Assembly (NCBI GenBank): GCA_950097015.1
Contig: CATNEN010000003.1
Location: forward strand, 3,162,001 to 3,226,000
Length of the DNA: 64,000 nucleotides
Direction of reading: 5' to 3'
Source: Macrostomum hystrix
Lineage: Eukaryota; Animalia; Platyhelminthes
The notes beneath the pieces are model-generated. The model was given only the letters and a program-made list of their open reading frames with translations, made no database searches and was not told the DNA's origin. The number at the start of each line of letters is the position of its first letter. Position 1 is the first letter of the stretch. The position numbers were made by a program, and so were the translations under genes. Positions 1 through 10,400 of this stretch are shown piece by piece.

Positions 1-1300
1 GAGTCCATTCCTGGCTGTTAACGAATGAGTCTAAAATTTCAAGGTCAGCAATGTGAAACTTTAAATAGATTATCTAGAAAAAAGCAGTTCCCATATATTT
101 TCTGCAAATAGACATTAGTATAACCTATATACAGAGATTGCTTGTGATGTAAGTGATTGATAATTAAGTTTTTTCAACTTTAGTCATAACAGTAAACAAT
201 AAAACATAAAGAATTTGATTGACAAATATTTTTTAAATACTTTTTAATTATACAAGCCTGTCTGTAAATGCAATTTATACAACTATACAAAAAAATACAA
301 CAATTTTAAATATAAAAAACATATTGTGAAGGTATTTATTTTAGGCCAGTTGATGAGTTTGGTCAACTTTATTAACCAAATTTTAAATACTAGAATGTTA
401 AGCTGAACTAAATCGCAAAGGACATTTCATGATACATTTATTGACTCAATATTTCATAATTTTTAAGGATTGAGAGAACAAAACACTTGACTTCTCAGCT
501 ACAAGGCTAAACTATAAACATTTGTGCATATGCTACTACATTTTAGGCTCTTTCTCGCAAGTAATTGCAAGTAGATGCATATTTACATATCATAGCAATG
601 CCAGAATTGAATTAAGTTATCAGAAATACATGAGAATAGTATACATAAATACACAAGAATAGAATAGGACATGAGATTTATAATACATTATGTTACATAA
701 TAATACAATATTAGCAGTATGTCTGTCCTTTTGTTTTGACTTTTTTAGTTGTAAATGCTTGTAGCTTACAACTATTGTAATTCCAATTTTACTACTAAGG
801 CAGATATATATTATTTGAATCATAATTTATTTGTGACACAAAAATTAAAAGCAAACAAAAAATTAGTGAATGAAATGAAAAATACATTGCATAAAAAACT
901 AAGTAAGTAAAGCTGGAAGTTACATACAATTATGACATATGAATGTTTGGCTAAAACTATAGGTGTATAGCTTAGGCCTACAATTGTTTAATAGCCTACA
1001 AACTGGGTGCAGATGACGAGAGTCTGAGTTGCAGTCATCATACCATATACAAACTGCTACCTTAGCATTATACATATTTGTCTAAATTGTCTAAATAAAG
1101 TCCAGGCACAAAAAGCATAGGCACAAACCCTCTAGGGATTCATCTGTTTAGGAGTTCACTTTGATGCCAAATTTTTCCTAAACTTATTTTCTAGATCAGT
1201 CACTAAACTAAACTTTTTCTTTTTGTTTATTTCTGACTGTTCTGTATGAATTTGAGCACAGTTTTATATATTAGGCCCTACTTGGTATGGAAAGATCACA

Positions 1301-1581
1301 CATACATGCGCAACACCCGGCCGACCCGGCCGAACCGGCCGGGTGAAACGAGGGCCAAGCAAGGTAAGTCGCAAAAACCAATTGACCAAGCGCAAAAAAA
1401 TCAAAGGGGGGACCAAGGGACAAAAAAGTAAGGCGTGAAGAAAAGGAAAAAGGGGAGAGAAAAAGATAGCAAATGAGAGCAAACTAAGTCGTAAATAGAG
1501 CAATGAAATGAACTAAGTCGCAAATGAGAGCAAAAACTAAGTCGCACGGCCGGCTAAGATTTGGGAGGTTGCGCATGTATG
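1301..1581. mobile_element. MITE, Mutator/MULE-like, in AGAP intron
   Basis: 14-bp terminal inverted repeats CATACATGCGCAAC / GTTGCGCATGTATG, flanked by a 9-bp direct repeat AAGATCACA (1292-1300 and 1582-1590); non-coding interior. Confidence 0.8.
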
Positions 1582-1666
1582 AAGATCACATGACATCACC
1601 AAACATTTTACTATGGTGAAAATGTAAACTAGATTTTAAAGACATTTAATGCCAAAGTAGGCTTAC

Positions 1667-1832
1667 CTTCAATACACACAACATGGTCTCGAATACTGTC
1701 TTGGAGTTCACGGTCCTCAATGGCATCAATTAAGTCATAAATAGCATATATGCTTGGATGAACACTTTCAAAGCGTTGAATCTCTTGTTTTATGGCAAGG
1801 GACACACTGTATACAGGGGACGTGTTCGCCAT
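1667..1832 (-). CDS. AGAP1: AGAP/centaurin-gamma Arf-GAP, first coding exon (gene continues left of the window)
   Basis: MANT...[23 protein letters not shown]...IRDHVVCIE matches the conserved AGAP1/3 N-terminus ([12 protein letters not shown]...IREHVIAIED). Donor GAAG|GTAAG at 1667/1666, phase 1. Probable 5'UTR intron from about 2327 to 1861. Confidence 0.85.
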
Positions 1833-3680
1833 TAGTGTGTCCCTATCAGTGATTTTATTTCTAAAAATAAGCCAGACGAATGCTTGAAAATGCCGAGACC
1901 TAGGCCTAATAAAAAACCTAGAGTAAGAGTACTAGGCAGCTAAGAAATATGATCAGGCACTGGCTTTGCACATTCAACAAAGAAAAAAATTGCAACTTCA
2001 CTGGTAAAAAAGTGAATACACAGAGCTGGTCTTGAACGTTCTCAGTACGTTCCTGAAAAGGTCTAGCATGCGGTTTCTGCAGCTAATCGGCGTTTTATAG
2101 AGATAGGGCCAAACCTCAAGGTTTAGTAAGCCTTTGATTTGGTCTGCCGATCGCTTTTTCGTAGAAAGATTACCAACTTCGTCAGGCTTAGTTTGTTTAA
2201 GCAAAAAATAGATATACAATTGCGTTTCTGTTAGTTTTTTATTTTAAACAAGATAGCAATCATATTTATTAGATAGCATGTAATAAAGGTTGATATTTTA
2301 GTTATAATTAAAGTTTCGTAAACTTACCGTAAAAAACGTTCAACAGTCTTCCATATTCGTCCGATTCGTTTCAAGTTTCAAGGGCAGCACTGATTTTTTA
2401 AATAAACTTCTTGCTCTTTTATTAAATTTACGACCCGTGGCACGATTTTGCCTTCTTTCAGTCTACAATGCAATGAAATTACACTCAAACTTTCGTCAAA
2501 CCTTCTGATACTTAAGTAATGTTATTATAAATTCTTACTTTTACCTAACGCTAAATTGCACTCACAACAAATTTGTAAAACAAAAATACATTTAATGAAT
2601 TCTGGCTAGATAGCCAATACCGAGGACATAAAAGTGCATGTGTGCGTGAGAATGCGCTTTCTGCAGGCATTTTGGCTGCGTGTATGTGGTTTTGAATTTT
2701 ACGCTCCACGCTTTCTTTGAGCTTTTTAGGATTAATTGATTTTCCAAGTCCCGCTTGTATCTTGGTATCTTGTTGTGGATGAACTAGATAAGTTAACCGC
2801 AGGTAAAGAAAAGAATCGCTACTGAATGTAATTTTTTGATTACAACTACCAACAATTAAAAGAAAAAATATGGTCTTCTATATATTTAACTATTAAATCA
2901 GCATACAGTACAGCAAATAACAGACGCATTTCTGTTAGTCTAAAGGAAAAATGTTGATATAAAAAATGAAAATATGAAGAAACGAGAAATTCAACGAAAT
3001 TAAAAGTTGAAATTCCTATTGGTATAACTATAACTAGTCTCATTTTTAATACGCACATACAAGTAGCTAAAGTAAAAAAATATTTAAACGAAAAACTGGG
3101 CAAGCAAGCCACATGCAAGGATGGATTAAACGCACAATTTAGATTGGTTAGCTTCGTTTTGAGCACATTCATGAAGAAATAGTCATTTTAAAGGATTGAG
3201 AGAGCCGAAAATTAAAACTTGCTTTCTGTTTACTGTTAAACAACCTAATAACATGATACATGCATTCTGCGTGTCAATACACACGTGTACATTAGGCAGA
3301 TTATAGCACCTATGACAAAGTTAATCATCGGATATAGCTAGTCGGATAGTTCCTGGATAATAATATAAAGCCAAAGTCACAATTGTCTAATTCCTAAGTA
3401 GTCAACCGCAGTTTAAAAAACGTACATTCGAATTTTATTGACTGATAAAGATATTAAATAGTAAAGTTGTGTTAGTGAGCGTCACTTTTACGGCAGATTA
3501 TAAGTACTTATTCTTGCTGATTAGGAACTTCTAAAGAGACACTTTCAGTAGGAAAAAACTATGATACCAAAAAAACTTTGTCGGTCGCTTCTTTTTCAAT
3601 TTTCAAACTGGCGTCAAATCACACCGAAGGAAGAATAAAAACAGAGAGTTGAACAACTTCAGTTAACCAGTGTTTATTTA

Positions 3681-4529
3681 TCAAAGCCTTCTTAGCCGGC
3701 TAGCAATCTGAGCCACAGTTTGAATCGGCGCGCAACTATAAGACACAGGAATTACCATAGACGAGGCGCTGGCAACGCTAGCCAACTCCCATGCGGCCAG
3801 GGGGTGCAGCAGCTGGCTAGCAAGGCAGTACACAGCAGACGGAAAGGCCACCCTGCTTGGCATTCCCGTCAACGACTTCGGCGGTGACGCCAGTCGACGT
3901 GTCAGCAACCAGCGACGCAGTCTGGCAGCGGCAAGGAAGGCCAGCACAAGGGAGCAGTGACGCAGGGCGCGGCCAGCAAAGCCGGCGAAGAAGCCGCGTA
4001 AGCCAGACTCGGCGTAGACTGAGCGAACGGCGGTCAGCAGAGAGACAGGCGAGCCAGCCTGCAGGCTCAATAGCTGGCGCAGTTGTAGCACACGAAGCGG
4101 CTGGGTTACCAAGCAGGCGTAAGCATTGAAACCTAGGATTCGGACTATGTTCCATGAAAGGAAGGATTGCTGCTGCTGCTGCTGCTGCTGGCGTTGCTGT
4201 AGCTGATTTTTAAATCTGCCATTCTGTTTGGGCGGCCGCTGTAACGACAATTGCAAGCCGGCAGTTAGCAGACAATCGCAAAGCAGCCCAATCGGTAAGC
4301 CAGTTAGCACCATTGTCGATAGAGCAGGTCTGGCAGTTGTCATGACAACGTTGAAATCTCCAGCATTGGCCATAGCCAAGACTTGCAGGACACGAAATGG
4401 TTGACCGGCAATGTAAAGCATGGCCTCAACTGGGCCATAGAGATCTGTTTCGGAGTCCGCATCATCACTGCAACCACCTCCGCTGCCGCCGCCGCTACAG
4501 CGAAGAATAAGCCGGTGTAGGACGACCAT
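3681..4529 (-). CDS. Divergent mitochondrial carrier-family (SLC25/MTCH-like) protein, intronless CDS
   Basis: 282-aa ORF with carrier-like motifs GQPFRVLQV, TQPLRVLQLRQL, SVYAESGLRGFFAGFAGRALR and LLHPL; polyQ tract; strong acceptor TTTTTTCAG about 22 nt upstream of the ATG. Confidence 0.6.
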   Translation of the reverse strand: MVVLHRLILRCSGGGSGGGCSDDADSETDLYGPVEAMLYIAGQPFRVLQVLAMANAGDFNVVMTTARPALSTMVLTGLPIGLLCDCLLTAGLQLSLQRPPKQNGRFKNQLQQRQQQQQQQQSFLSWNIVRILGFNAYACLVTQPLRVLQLRQLLSLQAGSPVSLLTAVRSVYAESGLRGFFAGFAGRALRHCSLVLAFLAAARLRRWLLTRRLASPPKSLTGMPSRVAFPSAVYCLASQLLHPLAAWELASVASASSMVIPVSYSCAPIQTVAQIASRLRRL

Positions 4530-4589
4530 AACTGCTGGCCAAGCTGTTCGGCTGAAAAAATAGCGATTTTGTAGTTAAATCTCTCCAAC

Positions 4590-4822
4590 AGATCCATTTC
4601 TCACCCTCCTTCAGATCCATTTCTCACCCTCCTTCAGATCCATTTCTCACCCTCCTACAGATTCATTTCTCACCCTCCTTCAGATCCGTTTCTCACCCTC
4701 CTTCAGATCCATTTCTCACCCTCCTACAGATCCATTTCTCACCCTCCTAAAGATCCATTTCTCACCCTCCTACAGATCTTTTTCTCACCCTCCTACAAAT
4801 CCATTTCTCACCCTGCTACAGA
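4590..4822. repeat. 23-bp minisatellite (CAGATCCATTTCTCACCCTCCTW)n
   Basis: About 10 tandem copies visible; the same unit occurs inverted at about 6585-6915. Confidence 0.9.
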
Positions 4823-5559
4823 TCAAATTTTCACGAATTAATAATACATTTTAAACAGAACTTAAGTACCACAAAACTTCGCTTTCAAACTTCGCCGATT
4901 TTTGCTGTAATTGGTTATTGTACAAAAATCCTGGACGTTTTCCATATGAAAAAGCACATTATGCTTTTGCAAATTAACAAATCAAAAACGAGTGCTTAAA
5001 ATTTATCTAAAATTTACAAAACATGTATTTTTAATTACAAGTACTTTTAGTTGTACAAAACCGTAAGACATAAAAAACTCAAAATCTGCCATCCATTATT
5101 TGTCTGCTAATTGAATAACTATTTAAACAAAGACAACGATATATTTATAAATACACAAATTACTTGTGGTTGAAAACAACAGAATACCCCGCTAGTTCTT
5201 AGGAACATTCTACCGAAGCACTGTGCTTGACACATTATTAACAAATGGTCTATAAGAAATTGGTGCCTCACTGATTTATAATTCATTCACTTATTTTAAA
5301 ATCATAATATCATAAACGGGTGTTCTGTTATTTTATTGCCTATAAATAAATGTAAATTTTGTGAGCTGTTAACTTATGAACAATGATTTTGCAATTCAAT
5401 GTTCATATTTAGGCTCAAGCACTAAAACCAGGGTCGGCAGCATGGAATGTGAAAATCTGTTTGCGTTGAAAAGTAAACACGAGACAAGAAAATGGAGAGA
5501 TGATACATGTGAGAAATAGGACACGGGAGAGACTTAGACACGGAAATAAAAAGACAGCA

Positions 5560-5940
5560 GAGATGATACAGCAGAGAGATGAGTGTGGGAGATGAGACAA
5601 GGGAAAGATGAGAATGGGGAGAGATGAGTGTGGGAGATGAGACAAGGGAGAGATGAGACAAGGTAGAGATGAGACAAGGGAGAGATGAGACAAGGGAGAG
5701 ATGAGACAAGGTAGAGATGAGACAAGGTAGAGATGAGACAAGGGAGAGATGAGACACAGGGTAGAGATGAGACACAGGAGAGATGAGAATGGGGAGATGA
5801 GACAAGGGAGAGATGAGACAAGGGAGAGATGAGACAAGGGAGAGATGAGAATGGGGAGAGATTAGACAATGGAGAGATGAGACAGGGTAGAGATGAGACA
5901 GGGCAGAGAGACACGGGGAGAGATGAGACAGGACAGATTA
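5560..5940. repeat. ~16-bp purine-rich minisatellite (GAGATGAGACAAGGKA)n
   Basis: Tandem degenerate copies; explains the repetitive spurious ORFs here. Confidence 0.9.
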
Positions 5941-6119
5941 GATGTTGGGAACGGCAGGCAAGGGGTAGATTATCGAGCTTGAACTGCTACATCTGGCCCG
6001 CAGGCTACAGGTTGCCGACCTCTTACAACTATTATTTGCACATATTTTTGGACAGGAAAAATCTAAACAGTAAGCACAACAAAAGCAATAGAAAAATTCC
6101 ATAGTCACTTGCGAATCAG

Positions 6120-8984
6120 TCAGACAAAGTCCTCCAATCTGAAAGGGATAGTATTGAACTCTTTAACATAGACTATTTTACTTATCTACCCTGTCCCTAT
6201 TCTACATGTCTACTAAATCTACTTGTCTACCAATTCTACATATCTGCCAAATCTACCTATGTACAAAATCTACCTGTCTACCAATTATTACTACCTGTCT
6301 AGATAATGTAAGAGCAAGTCGTGACACAAACCTGGTCCAATCAGCGGTGCTTCCATACAGGCGATGCTTATAAATATAGTCAATCACAGGGTCAGGCAGC
6401 AAGTAGCGAACACTTTCATTGCGCTGCAGTGTTCGCCTGATCAGAGTTGAACTGATGTCGTTAACTGCCCATTCGGTTACATAAACAATGTTGCGCTGAA
6501 GTTTTAGGAAAGATTTAATTTAACACAAATGTTACATATTTTAGCTTTTAATTATTACTTGGCATCAGTGGCGGAAAAAAATTGTAGGTGGGTGAAAAAC
6601 GGATCTGTAAGAGGGTAAGAAATGGATCTGTAGGTGGGTAAGAAATGGATCTGTAGGTGGGTAAGAAATGGATCTGTAGGAGGGTGATAAATGGATCTGT
6701 AGGTGGGTGAGAAATGGATCTGTAGGAGGGTGATAAATGGATCTGTAGGAGGGTGATAAATGGATCTGAAGGTGGGTAAGAAAGGGATCTATAGGAGGGT
6801 GAGAAATGGATCTGTAGGAGGCTGAGAAATTTACCTGTAGGAGGGTGAGAAACGGATCTGAAGGGTGAGAAATGGGTCTATAGGATGGTAGGAATTGGAT
6901 CTGTAGGAGAAAATCTGAGAAAATTATACGTGTAGTGTGCGTGTGTGCATTGAATGTGTCGCTTAAGTAAAATTATTTGCATAGCATGACGCATACAAAC
7001 CTCAAATGGATTAATAAGATCGAATGTGTGCACAAACTTTTGAGGATCAGAACCTGGACGCGACAGAACAACAATACCGTAGTCCCGCACAATAGACAGC
7101 ATCTAAAATAGTTGGGTTTTGAATAAGTCGTTATTTTAAGTAGATCAAGTACTTAACTGGTAATTTACTGCATCATTATTTTCTATTCAGTCTTTAGGGT
7201 CTAGTTTATTTTTTTATATTTGTAATCCTTCAGATTTATAGTGACCCTTTTTCATTAACAGTATAACTATACCAATTTCCGCCCAGACAATTTTTGCTGC
7301 ACTCGAACGGAGCAACGCAAGCACAGGAAACTCAAGAGCACGGACCAAAGTTTTGATGCGCATCTTGTGAAACAATAATCAAGTCGCCAGCTCTTCAGAA
7401 CGTCGAGATATTCAATGGTTCTGGCCGAAATTAATATTTTTCTCATAAGCGCTAGTGTATTTCATACACCCCTATACACGAACTAGCACTGCGCCTCAGT
7501 GCGGCCTTGCCAGGCCTTCAAAACTTATCAGCATGTCACCCGAATGTGCCTGCATCATTTCCGTTTTCAGTGGTCACCTACGTTCCTTTATCTAGACGGA
7601 CTGCTGGACCTTCAAGGACTACAACAGGTGGAACTAGGCCACAATGGACACCCTGACGCGAATTTCTCAAATTTCACTGATCAAGCCTAAATATTAGGCG
7701 CAGCTCAACCACAGGACACCATCGCCTAGTCTGTCAACCAATCAGTCACGACCCAACGCTGTTAGCATTCGGGCTCTGGCAAAAAGTATTATCGGGAGGA
7801 TTCCCACCTCTTGGTATAAAAACCAAGGTGGCGGCAAAAATTTATATCTAAATATATATAAATTCAAAGCCAAAAGCTAAATATAACACTGGAGCCACTC
7901 ACATCGCTCTCCTGCCAAACATCTTTAATAGCGAAGCTTTGTAACACATCCGCGCCGCATAGAAGCATCGTTTGAATACTAAATCGATTGTCGTCACGAG
8001 TTCGAATCCTAGCCACTAGATCACGAAGCCAGGATAGCTCGTCGGTCTCAGACTTGTTAGTGGACTTATCAAATGAGTCTGATTAGAAATCGAAAAAAAC
8101 TGGTTGTAAATTTGGCAGTCAATAAGTATTGAAACATATATTTTAGCTAGGATGCACATTTCAATGGTTTAAGGTGCATTGCAGTGCAACTCCTCCAGCT
8201 CTAAAATAGTGCTAGATTTGCAGCCAGACGTCCTTTAGAAAGACACTTAACTCTGCATAGCTTCAGCTCACCCAGCTGTTAAATGGATAGCAGCATTAAC
8301 TGGCATAATTAATAGTGGGGCCGCCGTTTGGTCAGCCCATGGACTGAACAGCATTACGCAGCCTTTAGTTGCGCCGCGCAATAGCTGCGGCTGTGCTGTG
8401 GTCTGCGAATCAAACCGAATTAATTTTTAGTTTGAAATAGCTTAGATGCGCAGTCAGTGACACAATGTACCACAGTTATTGTGAGGCGCATTGTAAAGCT
8501 GCGTACAACTGTTCAGTTCATGGACTGTGAGAATTTCTACCCCAAGCCCTAGATAACCATATTGTCAGGTCTCACCATGACGACATCTTTTGCCATTGGG
8601 ACCATTAAATTCGGAATCATCCTCCTCAGCTGGATTTGCTGCCACAATCGCATTGATTTGCTCCTGATAATGCTGCAGAACCTGCCTAGTTGGTGTCCAA
8701 TCCGGTTTAGAACATTCCCATGTGCCAAGTCTAATCCAACTATTAGGAATACCATTGCAGTGGCCACCAGCTGACAATGCTAATTTTAGCATTTCTATCC
8801 TGTGATTGGCTGGCAACAATCCGGCCTTCTTATAGCCATTGGACACTGGCGATAGGATGCCGCCTAGTACACGATAGCGACCGGTGCGCAATAGTGCGTC
8901 CCTGGCCAGTTCAAACATGCGCAGATGCATGTTTGTAACTGGATTGAATGAGCCGCATGCTACTAGTACTATGTTGGTTGACAT
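6120..8984 (-). CDS. NMNAT: Nicotinamide/nicotinate mononucleotide adenylyltransferase
   Basis: Exons 8984-8576, 8078-7903, 7102-7001, 6495-6332 and a probable last exon 6138-6120; all GT-AG and in phase. Motifs: CGSFNPVTNMH (GxFxPx[T/H]xxH), SPV..YKK, W(E)C...W, LLCGADVLQSF...W, DYGIVVLSR, ISSTLIRR, SVRYLLPDPVIDYI. Probable long 5'UTR intron up to a donor at about 12980. Confidence 0.93.
6585..6915. repeat. 23-bp minisatellite in NMNAT intron 3 (inverted copy of the 4590-4822 unit)
   Basis: (AAATGGATCTGTAGGAGGGTGAG)n is the reverse complement of the 4590-4822 unit. Confidence 0.9.
7270..7860 (+). mobile_element. Possible degraded 3' end of a LINE in NMNAT intron 2
   Basis: GC-richer island. 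Frameshifted C-P-Q-CG...KTYQHVTRMC resembles the C-terminal CCHC knuckle of LINE ORF2. Ends in a stem-loop (CCACCTCTTGGT-ATAAAA-ACCAAGGTGG) and a TA-rich tail. Confidence 0.35.
8228..8412 (+). mobile_element. 5'-truncated copy of CORE-like SINE family B
   Basis: GACACTTAACTCTGCATAGCTTCAGCTCACCCAGCTGTTAAATGG...CCATGGACTGAACAGC...GCTGCGGCTGTGCTGT is shared with 21428-21745. Confidence 0.8.
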
Positions 8985-10094
8985 TTTTGTGGTTGAGAAA
9001 TTATAGTTGTACACACGAATTGGCTGAAACTAAGGTTGATAAGTGGAGGAATACTTAATTATGTATGCAAGAGAACTGAAAGCAGTGCCAAATCATAAGT
9101 GACAGTAGACTTGCAGCCAGTGAGGAGTAATTCTGGTCATCTAATTTTTTTATGGGTTATTTGCAGTTTTTGTTAGTGAAGGATTTTTAAGCTAAGAAAT
9201 TTACAATAAAATGTGCTTTTCTACCTTGTCTGTGTTTTGATGCTTACACTGTATGCTTGTGTTTTGCAAGGGTGAGGAGTTAGACAAAAGGGTGATACTT
9301 AATTGATAATCAAGCCTGCCATTGGTGAGGTCTAGTTTTCTAAACATATTCTTTTCTTTGCTTGTGGCCAGGGACACTTCAGGTGGCGACATTTCCACTG
9401 TAGAAATTATTATCCTATGGTGCATACTTTGGCTTGTGTGTGTGCTAGCTCTATGCTTATTATTTGACTAAGCATTAGACCATTTAATAAGTTCAATTTA
9501 AGTTTACTTTATAAGAGCAACATATTTATTTACTGTCTCTATTGAAGACAGCATTTCAACTAAAAGAAATCATACATAGCAGCAGTTCTAAAAGAGCTTA
9601 TAACCTAGGGCCTAGATGAACCAGTATCTGAAGATAAAATTGTAGAAGTTTTAAATGCCATATTCTTAATGCAGAAATATCCCTAACATAAATTTTGATA
9701 GAGTTCCACAGTAAAATTTTTTTCCCAGATCTGTACTGTACTGTACTTTCCCAAATCTTATCTCCAATAAAAATAGTCCCGAAGAAGGACATGCACAGCT
9801 TCATTCCGCACAATTTCAGGGCTCTGGATGACTAGTGTATTCATTGCTATCCTTGTCCTCTAATTTCTGAGACTTGCCAAACTTGAAGGTGCCCAGTGGT
9901 ACTCTAGCCTAGACCTTGCTCAAGGGTTTAGGTAGATTCCTCTCCCTCAGCGTGACCAGCACCTCACCCCGTTTTCTGTTATTGATTGCATATATTTTTG
10001 TTTTAATGTGCTTCCTATGGACCTGGCTGACAGTCCTGGCAGCTTCCAGCTCTGTATTAAACAGTTGATCAATGGATTGTTGTCGACTATAGCT

Positions 10095-10400
10095 TTGGGC
10101 TACATTGATCACATTGTGGTCCATTCCATCACGTTTGAGGAACAGCTGAGGAATCTGTGCAGCTAGTGCTTAACTGTATCATCAGAGCTAACCTCAATGT
10201 TTGTTCAAAGGAGTGTCATCTGTTTCTTAAGGAGCTTCATTACTTAAGACACATTGTGCTTTTCACGGTCTCAGAACCAGAGAGGAAAAGATTGCTCAAA
10301 TTTGTGCCTGGCCTATTCCTTCCTCTTTTACTCAATTACATTGATTTATTGACTCGCAAGGATGTCACAGGTTTTTGGCAAGGAATGCTGAGCTGCTAAA
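10095..10400 (+). mobile_element. Degenerate Ty3/Gypsy-type reverse transcriptase remnant
   Basis: YIDHIVVHSITFEEQLRNL, then a frameshift, then VLNCIIRANLNVCSKECHLFLKELHYLRHIV. This matches the Gypsy RT pattern YxDDIxVxSxTFEEHLxxL..VL..L..ANLKLxxxKCxF...xxYLGHxV. Confidence 0.7.
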
